Assembly (NCBI GenBank): GCA_963847185.1
Contig: CAWJYV010000010.1
Location: 64,001 to 128,000, forward strand
Length of the DNA: 64,000 nt
Direction of reading: 5' to 3'
Source: an uncultured Methanosarcinaceae archaeon
Lineage (GTDB): Archaea > Halobacteriota > Methanosarcinia > Methanosarcinales > Methanosarcinaceae
Shown: positions 12,222 to 23,530 of the stretch, in pieces
How the letters are laid out: every line of letters begins with the position of its first letter
Numbering within the stretch: the first letter of the stretch is position 1
Translations under genes and position numbers: made by a program
The notes under the pieces: generated by a model
The model's database searches: none
What the model was told of the DNA's origin: nothing
Seen by the model: only the letters and a program-made list of their open reading frames with translations

Positions 12222-13368
12222 TCAAAAATAAATTATATAGCTTTTATAAACATTCGACCAGATAATGGGGGTTTTCAAATCTTCTTTAGAAAATTTTCCG
12301 CACACGTCTACAATTAATTTTGCTGCATTTCCATCACCGTAGGGATTAACCCAATATTTTTCCCTAACTGCATCTATAGCGTGATTGAGTATTGTCAGTG
12401 GATCCACACCTGCAAGGACATTTGACCCTACTTCAAGAGTTTCTGGACGTTCGGTATTATCTCTTAATGTAATGCAAGGCACTCCCAATATACAGGTTTC
12501 TTCCTGTAAACCTCCAGAATCTGTTAATACAAATTTAGCGTTCGCTTCCAACTGAAGAAATTCAAGGAACCCCTGTGGGGAGATAACATCAATACCTTCA
12601 AGAGAAAAACCGAATTTTTCAATCATTTTTTCAGTTCTGGGATGAATCGGAAAAACAATTGGAAGTGAAAAATAGTCTTTAATTAATTTCAATCCAGTAT
12701 ATAATTCCTTCCAACCTTTTTTTGACATCTACATTTTCAGCCCTGTGGAGTGTAACAAGAATATAATTTTTAGGGGATAAACTTAAATTACTCAATATAT
12801 CTACTTTATTTTTTGCAATTTCGATGTTCTGATATACTGCATCAACTACAGTATTTCCAGTCACAAAAATTTTTTCAGAATCAATTCCCTCTTTTATTAA
12901 TTGTCTACATGATGTCTCTGTTGGAGCAAAAAGATAATCAGAAATATGATCCGAAACAATACGATTAATTTCTTCTGGCATACTGCGGTCAAAACTCCTG
13001 AGACCAGCCTCAACGTGACCAACCTTAATATTTAATTTAGCTGCAGTAAGGCTTCCAGAAAGAACCGTATTCGTATCCCCCTGTACAAGAACGACATCAG
13101 GCTGCTTTTTAGAGAGAATATTTTCGATCCCCAGCATAATCTTACCAGTCTGAGAAGCATGCGTACCAGAGCCTGCATCTAAATTATAATTAGGTTGTGG
13201 GAGATTTAAAATATCGAAAAAAATTCGATCCATTTCATAAGAATAATGCTGACCAGTATGAAGTATAAAATAATCCAGATTTTGCTCCTCACATTCTGTA
13301 ATAACTGGAGACATTTTGATAATTTCAGGGCGGGTACCAAGAATAATGCAAATCATTGTCACTGACAC
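12222..13368 (-). CDS. wecB: UDP-N-acetylglucosamine 2-epimerase, split by a frameshift at a poly-A run near 12720
   Basis: GTRPEIIK, HTGQHY, HVEAGLRS, PEEINR, HRAEN in one fragment; TDSGGLQEE, RDNTERPE in the other. Confidence 0.9.
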
Positions 13369-13384
13369 CTTTGAAGTCTTTTCT

Positions 13385-14350
13385 TTAAGCTATCTTAGAG
13401 TCCTTCATAACTGCAGATAATGAATGCAACAAAATTCCTGTCAGCGACATAAAAGTCCCTACAACAATAAACAGAACCATGAGCATGGTCGGACCGAACT
13501 GCAGGCTTTCTCCAGCAACGAAGGTTTGCAGGAAGTCAGCACCCATGTAAAGTCCGCCTATTCCAAGAGATAAACCAGGGACTGTTAAATAGTAAAGAGG
13601 TCTGTTGAACTCTATGTCTTTCAAAATAATGACAAGGACTTCAAGACCGTGCTGAATAGGATTCTTTGTTGAACAGTCAACGTCGTAGCGAACTCCTATT
13701 TCAACTTCTTTTATTCGAAGGCCAGATTTTGCCGCGTCTGCAAGCATTTCGCTTTCTATTGCCATACCCTGTGCATTAAAACGAAAAATGTCTTTTGTAG
13801 AGGCTGTAAAGGCACGAAAGCCACTCTGAGAATCTGTAATTTTGAGGCCGGAATTCAGATTAGTAAACCTATCCAGAACTCTCTGACCTATGCGACGGTA
13901 GATGGGAGTGTTCCTGTCCAGACCGTTTAAATAACGGCTACCATTTACCAGATCAGCTTCGCCTTTAAGAATAGGCTGAACCAGTCGTGGAATATCTTTA
14001 GGATTATGCTGGCCGTCAGAGTCCATGGTAACTATAATGTCTGCACCTTCGGCAGCTGAAAAACCGGTTTTTAGAGCGCCTCCTTTTCCTGTATTAGCCT
14101 CATGAACAATAACTTCTGCACCTGCTTTCCTGGCAATATCAGCTGTTCGGTCTGAACTGCCGTCGTCTATAACGATCACATTGTCAGCGTAGTGTTTTGT
14201 GAGGAGGACTATACTTCCTATAGATACTTCTTCATTGTAAGCTGGGAGTATAACAGTTATATTCTGTGGAACATAGCCTCTAGTGCACGGTTTGTTTTCT
14301 TTATTATAAGTGCTCAGGGCGCTGCTGTCAGTTAACAGCTTGTTGCTCAC
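13385..14350 (-). CDS. GT2 of the polyprenol-phosphate glycosyltransferase (DPM1-like) type with C-terminal TM helices
   Basis: ILPAYNEE, DDGSSD, DSDGQH, DSQSGFRA. Confidence 0.85.
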   Translation of the reverse strand: MSNKLLTDSSALSTYNKENKPCTRGYVPQNITVILPAYNEEVSIGSIVLLTKHYADNVIVIDDGSSDRTADIARKAGAEVIVHEANTGKGGALKTGFSAAEGADIIVTMDSDGQHNPKDIPRLVQPILKGEADLVNGSRYLNGLDRNTPIYRRIGQRVLDRFTNLNSGLKITDSQSGFRAFTASTKDIFRFNAQGMAIESEMLADAAKSGLRIKEVEIGVRYDVDCSTKNPIQHGLEVLVIILKDIEFNRPLYYLTVPGLSLGIGGLYMGADFLQTFVAGESLQFGPTMLMVLFIVVGTFMSLTGILLHSLSAVMKDSKIA

Positions 14351-14875
14351 GGTGAATGGCTCCTTGAATTAGTACTATTGAAAATTATCCTCTAAGTCTT
14401 TTTTTAAAAGTAATTCAGAACCTAACTATATAAATTTATTTAAAATGACATAATAATATAATAATAATTGGGAAATAGCAACATCTGGAACCCTTTAAAT
14501 AAAGTAAATAGAAAATTATGCTCTTGAACCAATAAACTCAAAAATAACTAGAATATTGGACTAAAAATAGAATAATTTGCCTAAAATAGGAAAGCCAGTT
14601 TCGAAAACACAATCAACAAACTTCAAAAATACTTTGAGATCTTGCCCGGAGATCCCTATATTGTGAAGAAGATTTTCTCTAGATGGGCTATTTTCAAGCG
14701 GAGTTTTTCTTTATGGACACTTGCCTCATTCATCAGAATAAACCATATTCTTACTAAACAAAACAAGAGACAAGGAAAAACTCAATTCAGACCTGATATA
14801 TGGGAAAAAATAGAAATTAAGTGGAAAGTTTTAGCTTTCCTTAAATTAACTTTTCTGAGATAAACTTTCCTCAAT

Positions 14876-15475
14876 TTAGCTTTCCTCTACTTTTTTTCTT
14901 CCCGTCTCAAAAGCCCTAATATTAACTTCAATTGTCTTTTGCGGCACAAGGGCTTTCACGTTTTCAAGCAAGGTGTCTTTTGGAATGGGCAGATAACCTG
15001 AAACTGCTCCTACCATTGCCACATTCATTGCTAATCTGCTGCCTGCCTCATATGCCAGTTCATCGGCATTGAAGGCTTTAACTATATATTTTTCAGTAAG
15101 AACATCAAGAATTTCCTGGACGTCAGGATATTTTGCAAGACCTGATGTGACAGTAACAGGAAGCACAGGCTGGGTGTTTACAATTACAATTCCACCATCT
15201 TTCAGGAAATCGAGATAGCGGACTGCTTCCATTGGCTCAAGGGCAAGCATGAGATCAGCGCCTTTTTTAGGGATCATGGACCCAAAATCTTCACCGATCC
15301 TGATATGGTTTACAACCGAACCTCCGCGCTGGGCCATACCGTGAGTTTCTGCAGCCCTAATAGGCAGCCCTGCAGCAACTGCAGCTTTTCCGATAATATC
15401 CGAAGCAAGGATTGCACCCTGCCCGCCGACTCCAGTAATAAGGAGGTCGAATTTTTGCTTCTTAGTCTGGTTCAT
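14876..15475 (-). CDS. iorB: Indolepyruvate ferredoxin oxidoreductase beta subunit
   Basis: GVGGQG, ETHGMAQRGGSV; adjacent to the alpha subunit. Confidence 0.93.
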   Translation of the reverse strand: MNQTKKQKFDLLITGVGGQGAILASDIIGKAAVAAGLPIRAAETHGMAQRGGSVVNHIRIGEDFGSMIPKKGADLMLALEPMEAVRYLDFLKDGGIVIVNTQPVLPVTVTSGLAKYPDVQEILDVLTEKYIVKAFNADELAYEAGSRLAMNVAMVGAVSGYLPIPKDTLLENVKALVPQKTIEVNIRAFETGRKKVEES

Positions 15476-17274
15476 TTCTTCACCTCCTGGACAGCATCAA
15501 ACTTGCAGATCTGGGCGCAGACCCCACACCCGCTGCAGAGAGCAGTGATCACAGCACACTTGTTTATCTCCTCAAACTCGATTGCCGGGCAGCCGAATTT
15601 TACACATTGTTTGCAACCTTCGCATTTCTCAGGGTCAACTATATAAGGAACTCGTTTTATTCCTGCCCTCTTTCCCGATATTACGCAGGGCTGTTTTGCA
15701 ATGACCACAGCCGTACCTTTGAATTCCTTTGCGGCTCTGAAGGCTTCCTGTGTTTCTTCAAGCCTGTAAGGATCAACAACAGACACAAATCCGGCTCCCA
15801 TTACTTTGCAGAGCTCTGCAAGCGAGACCTCTACTGTTGGTTCTCCAGTCACTGTAAAACCCACACCAGGATTTGGCTGGTGTCCTGTCATGGCTGTAAT
15901 GCGATTATCGAGAATAGTGACTGTAATATCGGCTTTATTAAAAATAGCATTCAAAAGAGAGTTTATTCCTGTATGGAAAAAGGTTGAATCCCCTATAGAA
16001 CAGCAGATAGGACGTTTTTCTCCTGCATGGTAAAGTCCTGAGGCAATACTTATGCTTGAGCCCATACAGAGCGTTGTCTCAACAGTCCCGCTCTGGATTC
16101 CAAGGGTATAGCAGCCGATATCACTTGGATAAATGGCATCCTTTCCAAAGACCTTTTTCATTGAGTAGAAAGTTGCCCTGTGAGAACAGCCTGCACAGAG
16201 AGCAGGCGGGCGGGGAGCAAGCTCAAGAGCAGGACCTGAAAGCTCAGGTTCTACTTCAAGATCAAAAACCTTCTTAAGGCTCTCAAGAAAAACACTGACA
16301 TCCAGTTCCCCTTCCCTCGGGACAAAACCTCCAGTTTTTCCAAAAATCGAGACAGCCAGTTCTGCCTCCTGAGCAATTAACTTTACATGCTCTTCAACGA
16401 CAGGTTCCAGCTCTTCGAACACAAGTACCGTATCTACGGTTTTAAGCAGTTCAAGAATTAACTTCTTCGGAACCGGATAAGTTCCTACTTTCAGGAAAGA
16501 AGCATCAATTCCAAGCTCAACAAGAGCCTCTTTTGCATATACTGAAGCAATTCCTGCTCCTATTACTCCAAATTTTGCCCCGTCCTTGAGTTCTAAGGAA
16601 TTCCAGGGGGATTCGGAAAGAGCATCTTCAATCGGCTGCTGGATGGAAAGAAGATGAGTATGGCGTACGCGGGCGTTTTTTGGCAACATAACCCAGCGGT
16701 CGAGAAGTTTTTCAAAATTGGGGTTCCGCTTTTCTGTAGATATTTCCCCAAGCTCGACATCGGATTTCCCGTGCGAGATCCTGGTTGTTGGCCTGAAGAT
16801 AACAGGAACTTCGAACCTTTCCGAAAACTCGAAAGCATAAGAAAGCATATCCTTGGCTTCCTGAGGAGTTGAAGGGTCAAAGCAGGGCACAAGGGCAAAC
16901 TGAGCATACCTTCTCGTGTCCTGCTCGTTCTGAGAAGAGTGGCAGGAAGGATCGTCAGCTACAATTGCAATCAGTCCGCCTTTTGTCCCGGCATAGGCAA
17001 GAGTCATAAAAGGATCGGCTGCAACATTTAATCCTACATGTTTCATTGTCACTACAGAACGGACACCCGCCCAGGACCCACCAACTGCTACTTCCATTGC
17101 TACTTTTTCGTTAACTGACCATTCAATATGGTAGTCCCGGTTTTCCAGGCAAGCAAGCGTATCTATGATTTCTGAAGAGGGGGTTCCGGGATAGCCTGTA
17201 ATAAGCTGCACTCCTCCTTCAAGAAGTCCACGAGCGATTGCCACATTTCCAAGCATGTACTCACGCATTGTCAT
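15472..17274 (-). CDS. iorA: Indolepyruvate ferredoxin oxidoreductase alpha subunit
   Basis: YPGTPSSE, NEKVA, HSSQNEQD, TPP-binding GDSTFFH, C-terminal 2x[4Fe-4S] motifs. Confidence 0.95.
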   Translation of the reverse strand: MTMREYMLGNVAIARGLLEGGVQLITGYPGTPSSEIIDTLACLENRDYHIEWSVNEKVAMEVAVGGSWAGVRSVVTMKHVGLNVAADPFMTLAYAGTKGGLIAIVADDPSCHSSQNEQDTRRYAQFALVPCFDPSTPQEAKDMLSYAFEFSERFEVPVIFRPTTRISHGKSDVELGEISTEKRNPNFEKLLDRWVMLPKNARVRHTHLLSIQQPIEDALSESPWNSLELKDGAKFGVIGAGIASVYAKEALVELGIDASFLKVGTYPVPKKLILELLKTVDTVLVFEELEPVVEEHVKLIAQEAELAVSIFGKTGGFVPREGELDVSVFLESLKKVFDLEVEPELSGPALELAPRPPALCAGCSHRATFYSMKKVFGKDAIYPSDIGCYTLGIQSGTVETTLCMGSSISIASGLYHAGEKRPICCSIGDSTFFHTGINSLLNAIFNKADITVTILDNRITAMTGHQPNPGVGFTVTGEPTVEVSLAELCKVMGAGFVSVVDPYRLEETQEAFRAAKEFKGTAVVIAKQPCVISGKRAGIKRVPYIVDPEKCEGCKQCVKFGCPAIEFEEINKCAVITALCSGCGVCAQICKFDAVQEVKK

Positions 17275-17544
17275 GATTACTGTCTCCAGTATTTATATTT
17301 AGATAGAAAAATACAATTATTAATATTTTGTAACCGCTTTAATATAGTTGTAATTCAGTCAGAGTCAATAAATTTGAAGTCATAAAGCAGACCGGACAAA
17401 TAAAACCTGTTATCCGCAAACCAGGTAAAACTTTTGCATTATTCAAAATAACATGATCAATAATATACTTTCGGATAATTGTTCCGAAATTTAACCACCA
17501 ATAATATAATTTAGAAAATTGTTTTAGAATTTCGGTTAGGAACC

Positions 17545-17672
17545 TGAGCGGAAAAATAAGTGACAGGGGGAGTACACTTTTGGAAACAGATTTAAAACGA
17601 GCCTTCTAAGAAATTTATCTCAATAAACCAGAACGACATTAATACAATCTTCTGTCGAGCTTTTTCCGCTCA
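17545..17672. repeat. 12-bp inverted repeat pair (TGAGCGGAAAAA / TTTTTCCGCTCA), possibly MITE-like
   Basis: Exact IR at 17545-17556 and 17661-17672. Confidence 0.45.
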
Positions 17673-17984
17673 AAGAGCGGTACTTACGAAGGCATGATAA
17701 AAGATAAAAGGTAGAGCAAAAATCTCAACCATACAAACTCCAATATACTAAAACCCTATTGAATATATATTTCTTAGCTCATAAATTGTGAATGATAAAC
17801 AGTGGACAGAGGTTCAGGACTTAGATCCAGTCAACTAAAGCTTTATAAAAGGAAGGAAGCGATAGAACCAATAAACACTTCCTCACTGCTCAATTAATGA
17901 ATTAATTCACAACCTAACACATTTAGATTTAATCTTTTAGAATTTAGCATTTTTAGAATTTAATACTCTAATTAGTTAATAATT

Positions 17985-18802
17985 TCAGGAGTTAGTACTC
18001 CTATTTTTCTCCAGAAAATCTGCAAGCTTTTCAATTTCTTCCAGCTCAAAATCAAGTTCCTCTCCTTTAAGGGAGGCTTTAAAAATCTCTCTTTTTGCCG
18101 GAATCTCAGCCACAACATTCATGCAATTCACAGAATTCAGCATTTCTTCCCTGATATCAGGCTCAACTTTGTTGAGCACAAAATAGACACTGCAGCCGCA
18201 CTGGCTTCCAAATTCATCGAATTTCTTTGAAAGCTTGAGAGATTCGTAAGATGGATCGATGACTACCAGGATGAGGTCAAATTCCTTATCCACGCCACGC
18301 CCAAAGTGTTCAGTGCCTGCTTCAGTGTCCACAATCACCACGTCATCTTTTCCAAGGTCAAGGTTTTCAAGGAATTCCCTGGTCAGGACTCCCATAGGAC
18401 AGGCACATCCCTCTCCAAAGTCATGAATTTTGCCAATAGCCATCAATTTGAGATTCCCTTTTTCTTCTATAAATTCAGAAGGAAGATCTAAAAAACTCCA
18501 CCTCTTTTTAAAAAACCTGGACTGCTGTTGCGCTGGCTGCCCTGAAGAGTTATCATTGGCTGCAAGTCCCCAGAATTGAGTTGTCTTGGGAGCAGACTTT
18601 TGTTTTTCCTTAAAACCTTTTTTTCCCCGAAATATTCCATCAGGTCTTTTGGAGCTGCCAATCCTAATTGGCTGTGTAGCCCGTAGTTGGATTCATCTAT
18701 ATCAAGTACAAGCACGTTTTTTGTTTTTGACATCTGCTTTGCAAGGAGCGCAGAAATCGTGCTTTTTCCGCTTCCTCCTTTCCCGCATACCGCTATTCTC
18801 AT
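17985..18802 (-). pseudogene. CooC-like nickel-insertion ATPase with frameshifts in homopolymer runs
   Basis: GKGGSGKST Walker A in one fragment; GCACP and DTEAGTEHFGRG in the other. Confidence 0.8.
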
Positions 18803-19452
18803 ATCCTGTTCACCTATCCCACTAATTTATCCTGCTGAATTAAAAACGCTTTCTTTAAGCAGTTTTTTTGTTCACGCTGCAAATAAAAATATCTTTGCAA
18901 AATTAGAGCATGAAGTTCCGTGTACAATGAAATCGAGATCATCCAACTGATTATTGGTAAGCTGAATAGTTAACATAATTCCTAGATATATAGCATAAAA
19001 ATAACACTTTTTGACATTTTAAACCTTAACCGAATCCAAAGAATGGAATTCCATTATTCTTTTAAAATTGGAGAAGAATCAGAAAAAATTAAAAAGACTC
19101 TGAACTGAAAAGGAATGATGGGATAGTTTACTATGAGGTTCACAGTAATAGAAAAATATAATCAAACATCAGCGCTAGCCCTACAACAATTAATTGAGTA
19201 AAGCTAGGACTGGAGTTTCAGCCTGGTTTAGCATACACTACAAAAATAGAAAAAACTGGTATTCTCAATGCAGACTCTTTATGTGTAAATCATGATTGAA
19301 TCGAGTCTTGCAGTACCTACCTTTGTCCAGTAATTGCAAATGCTACAGTACTGAGTCTCGCTGTTTGAGCTTACTTCCAGTTTAGCATGGCATTTTGGAC
19401 ATATTTTTAGACTTTTCGTAAATAAACCCCCTTAATATTAAAATAAATTCTA

Positions 19453-19518
19453 TAGAACTTACGCAGTTCAACTGAGAAATCAATGGCATTAAACCTTTAA
19501 CTGTTTAAAACATAATTT
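19453..19518 (+). mobile_element. Truncated copy of MITE family C
   Basis: tagaacttacgcagttcaactga...aactgtttaaaacat matches the left part of 41428-41544. Confidence 0.7.
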
Positions 19519-19781
19519 CAAACCACAACTTCTATTATCTTTTCCGTCTCTTCCATTCAAATTATAGTAATATTATAATTACTTTAAATTAATTGTACAA
19601 AAAATAGTTTTGTGTCAAAACACGCCTTTAGATTAAAAGTTTCAAAGACGACATCGAACCCTAAATGAGATTCGTTATTAACCACAAATATCACAAAAAC
19701 AAGGTTACAAATCACATCTTTCGAAATTCTGAGATGGATAATTCATCCATCTCAGATGCACCGGTCTCACTCGAAGTTGGG

Positions 19782-20000
19782 GTGAGTCATTGAAAAACGA
19801 AAGCACAATAGCATTTCATTTTTCAAAACGTGGGCTATTTTGTGTGATGAAAATTGTGCCTCATTTTTCAGAGAAAATCAATAAAACTAAAGAAAAGGAT
19901 AACTCGAGTTTAAAAAAGCACTGTGCTTTAACAAATCCAGGACCTCAAGTTTACGGTTTCCTAGTTTTACTTCTTAGGTCCTAATCAATAACTCACAGAC
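19782..20000 (-). mobile_element. MITE family A, long copy
   Basis: TIRs gtgagtcattga and tcaataactcacagac; ends match the other family A copies. Confidence 0.65.
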
Positions 20001-20338
20001 AAAACCTATTATTTAGATGTCTCTTCTTTGGCATCTGAGATTGATACTTTCTCTTCTTCTTCTATTAGTGCTGCATTAGTAGATTCTGGCGCAATATTTT
20101 TGTCTGTTTCACTCATGGTATTTACCTCTTTATATTTTTTAAGTAGGGAGCTATAAATTTAGCTCTCCAGAATATATTTTAGCTTTCCCAAATATTCCAT
20201 ATGAGCCTTTTATGCAGGGGAGTTATAAATTTAGATTCCCCAAATATCCTGCATGACATAACAGTATATTGAACTATATAAATAGCCATGTATATTTTAA
20301 ATTTACTTTAGATGTTCAAAAAGATCGAAATTTAGTGC
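19984..20338 (-). repeat. Left arm of a ~350-bp inverted duplication (promoter + leader + micro-ORF)
   Basis: Reverse complement aligns collinearly with 22932-23285. Confidence 0.85.
20009..20116 (-). CDS. 35-aa acidic micro-protein MSETDKNIAPESTNAALIEEEEKVSISDAKEETSK
   Basis: GAGGT RBS plus ATG; TTTATATA box upstream; paralog at 23152. Confidence 0.55.
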   Translation of the reverse strand: MSETDKNIAPESTNAALIEEEEKVSISDAKEETSK

Positions 20339-21063
20339 TTAAGTTGTAATGCAAAATATGAAAGTATAGCGAAAAATGTAACTTCTGTGCATGTGTGGAA
20401 CACGCAATGAGTTGTCAAGATTTCGTTCAAGGTTTTTTTCTTCTCATCAATACTGCAATTTCTCTCTTCATTTCCTTTAAAACATCATCTGTTAGATTTA
20501 ATTTAAGTATAATATCATTTCAATTTAAATTCAAAGCTTAATTACAATGTAAAAGTTCTACTTCTGTGTACATATAAGTTAGGACAGCAAAACTATAGTT
20601 CACCTTTTTTGGTTAGGTTTGAGAGAACATGTCTTTTGTTTGCGATTCTCGTAATTGACCCCATGCCCTAATCTCTTAACTTTTTTAGGCTCATATAACT
20701 ATTCACAGGCTTAATTCACGTTTTTTGTGCCGAAATACTTGGTATTTCTATGTAGATTTGCTTTGATTCAACCCTTATCCCTGAAAAAATTCTCTCAAAT
20801 TAGAGTATTTCTATAGAGCCTAAATTCAAAAGGGAAGTGTTTAAAAATAATTAGGATGTAATCAGTATTAAAATTGTTTCAATGAATGCGAAAGAAGGAA
20901 AAGACAAGTGAAAAATAAAGAGATTGCAGAGAAGAATTCTCTAAATTTCAACCATTGAGTTGACTGAAACCGGTTTACAAGTCGTCACTGGCTGGATAAC
21001 AGAATTCTGTTTTTGTCTGTTAGTCCGAAAAGATTGGAACAAGGGCAATAAAACGGTGTTAAC

Positions 21064-22605
21064 ATGTCAGTTAACGACTCGGTCAACCTAATAGTGGTAG
21101 GTTCCGGTGTAATTTTTGCAGGAACTCTTGCTGGACTGCTGTTCGATATTCTTATTAAAGGAGTGCTCACCTCCTATCTCTCTCCAGCCGACTTCGGAAC
21201 ATATTCCCTTGCACTAACGGTAATATCAATTACAGGAGCCGTAGCAACTCTTGGCCTTCACGAAGGAGTACCGAGGTACATTGCATATTTCAGGGGCAGG
21301 CATGAGGAATATAAAATTCAGGAATTAATAATATCAGCCACAATAATGGGCCTGATTGCCAGTGTGCTTGCCATGCTGGTCTCGCCGGTTCTGTTTGAAC
21401 ATTTAGCCGGGAAAGGATTCGATGCGCAGGGCAAAATCCTGTCCGTAGTCAGGATAATGATCTTTGCCATTCCATTTACCATAGTCCTGAATCTGGCAGT
21501 AGCAATTTACAGGGGATTCGACCGTACAAATGTTAATACTTACTTTTATAGCATCATAAGACCGGTTTCCCTTCTCGTATTTGCTTCAGCAGCCGTTTTT
21601 CTGGGCGTGTCCCTGAGAGGGATAGTGCTCGCTGACCTGCTCTCAATGATATTCACATTTGGCATAATGTCAGTTTACTTTATCAAAAGACCTCCATTTA
21701 AACCTGAATGGAAACTGAAATTCGGCGAACCAACAAAACAGTTAATAAGGTACTCGTTCCCGCTTTTGATAAGTGCAACTCTGTTGAATATCATGACATG
21801 GACAGATACCATAATGCTTGGCTATTTCAAGTCAACTGAGGTAGTCGGAGTTTACAGTGCAGTATACCCGCTTGTAGGTTTTCTGTCCATGATAATCGGT
21901 TCCATGGGTTTTGTGTACATCCCTGTAACATCAAAGTTATGGGGAGAAAACAAGCCCGAATCGCTTGGTCCTATCTACCAGATAATGACAAAATGGTGCT
22001 TCATGCTTACCTTTCCGGTCTTTGCATTGATGTTTTTGTATCCCGAGTTTCTTCTAACGAAACTATACGGTGCAGAATATGCAAGCGGTGCCACGGTTTT
22101 GCGCATCCTTGCTCTGGGATTCGTAACAAACTCATACTTCGGATTTAACTACCACACCATAATGGCATCCGGAGACTCTGACTTTCTTATGAAGTGTTCG
22201 GTAGCAAGTGCAGGAATGAACGCACTTCTTAATTTTATACTCATACCTCAGTATGGGATGGTAGGCGCAGCGGCTGCATCTTCTGCATCTTTTGCATCAA
22301 TTGAAGTCTTAATGACTTTAAGAACCTGGAAAAAGCAGCATATGCATCCCTTTACTTCTATGTACAGAAGGGTGACCCTTGTCGGCATCTCCATAATTGT
22401 GCTCATGCTTGCCGCCAGAAAAGCACTCTTGCTTTCCGGAGCAGGCTGGGAATATGTATCTTTTGTCATCGTGTATTTTGTGATAATTAAAGCTGCAAAT
22501 GTGCTAGACAGCACAGAGCTGAACATGATAGGCGAGATCAAGAAAGCTATTCGAGATAATATCCGCATCCTCATCCCTCAGGCACTTAAATCACTTGCAT
22601 CATAA
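21064..22605 (+). CDS. Wzx/MurJ-type flippase (polysaccharide biosynthesis transporter)
   Basis: About 14 TM segments, LSPADFGTYSLA, TDTIMLGYF...VGVYSAV. Confidence 0.9.
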   Translation: MSVNDSVNLIVVGSGVIFAGTLAGLLFDILIKGVLTSYLSPADFGTYSLALTVISITGAVATLGLHEGVPRYIAYFRGRHEEYKIQELIISATIMGLIASVLAMLVSPVLFEHLAGKGFDAQGKILSVVRIMIFAIPFTIVLNLAVAIYRGFDRTNVNTYFYSIIRPVSLLVFASAAVFLGVSLRGIVLADLLSMIFTFGIMSVYFIKRPPFKPEWKLKFGEPTKQLIRYSFPLLISATLLNIMTWTDTIMLGYFKSTEVVGVYSAVYPLVGFLSMIIGSMGFVYIPVTSKLWGENKPESLGPIYQIMTKWCFMLTFPVFALMFLYPEFLLTKLYGAEYASGATVLRILALGFVTNSYFGFNYHTIMASGDSDFLMKCSVASAGMNALLNFILIPQYGMVGAAAASSASFASIEVLMTLRTWKKQHMHPFTSMYRRVTLVGISIIVLMLAARKALLLSGAGWEYVSFVIVYFVIIKAANVLDSTELNMIGEIKKAIRDNIRILIPQALKSLAS

Positions 22606-22931
22606 CTTGCTTCCCGGTGTAAAAAAGACAGGCAGATATCTCTTTGAAGAATGCCGGCAACTCTATTTTTGCGCAGTTTTTCAAGTTAAAAAGTTCTATA
22701 TTCTATTTTTAGCAAGTAACTTGTTTTTTCCCGAGTATTTTTAATGATAGCGTTTTTGTAGGGAAATACATTACCTCCCAGACTAAACATTATTGCAAAA
22801 ATGGTTCGTTGTTTATATAAGTCGTGAGATTTGGGCATATGTTAACCAGTTTTAAACACACTCTAAATATCCGATATGTTCATAAAAAGCTATCATGAAA
22901 AACATTTGGTTTTAATGTCGACCTGCCGAAA

Positions 22932-23285
22932 ATACTAAATTTTGATCTTTTTTCTCATTTAAAATAAATTTAAAATATACATGGCTATTTATATAGCTAA
23001 TATACTAGTATGTCCTGCAGGATATTTGGGAAATCTAAATTTATAACTTCCTCTGCATAAAAGGTATCATATGGAATATTTAAAAAGCTAAAATATATTT
23101 GGGGGGCTAAATTCATAACTCACCTGCATAAAAATACACGGAGTTAAAAACCTGGGTGAAACAGACAAAAATATTGCGCCAGAAGCTGCAAGCAAAACTA
23201 ATGCAGCACTAAAAGACGAGAAAGTATCAAATCAAGACGTCATGAAAAACACCTCAATAATAGGTTTTGACCGTGAGTTATTGAT
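22932..23285 (+). repeat. Right arm of the inverted duplication; promoter region of the GT4/GH130 operon
   Basis: Homologous to the reverse complement of 19984-20338; TTTATATA near 22988; ~40-bp motif repeated at 23022 and 23095. Confidence 0.85.
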
Positions 23286-23331
23286 TAAATCTGAAAAATC
23301 GGGCACAATTTACGTATTTGAAAAAATATAG
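23152..23331 (+). CDS. Micro-ORF paralog (CTG start, 59 aa, LGETDKNIAPEAASKTNAALKDEKVS...) whose 3' end runs into a MITE
   Basis: GGAG RBS; homologous to 20009-20116. Confidence 0.4.
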   Translation: MGETDKNIAPEAASKTNAALKDEKVSNQDVMKNTSIIGFDRELLIKSEKSGTIYVFEKI

Positions 23332-23368
23332 AGAGATTCTTTTGCTTATGTTTCTCAATAGATCCTCC
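23268..23368 (+). mobile_element. MITE family A, degenerate copy
   Basis: ccgtgagttattgatt...gagagattcttttgcttatgtttctcaata aligns with 45077-45182. Confidence 0.65.
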
Positions 23369-23460
23369 CAACTACCCTATTTTAGTAATTACCGTTACTA
23401 AAAGTTCGAGTAGTAATCATATAAAACTGACAAGTGCCGTTATTTTCTTTTGATCTGGAA

Positions 23461-23520
23461 TTTTATCTTGATCTATTTTATCTTGATCTATTTTATCTTG
23501 ATCTATTTTATCTTGATCTA
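23461..23520. repeat. Tandem repeat (TTTTATCTTGATCTA)x4
   Basis: Four exact 15-bp units. Confidence 0.9.
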
Positions 23521-23530
23521 TATTTGGATA

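Noticed and set aside
19026-19040. TTAACCGAATCCAAA also present at about 43849
   Set aside because: Isolated 15-mer with no partner IR or extended homology
19320-19365. AFAITG fragment resembling a PGF-pre-PGF remnant
   Set aside because: Only about 6 residues; could be chance
23329-23331. Pyrrolysine read-through of the micro-ORF TAG
   Set aside because: Downstream sequence is MITE-derived with further stops; no convincing in-frame amber gene noticed anywhere in the window
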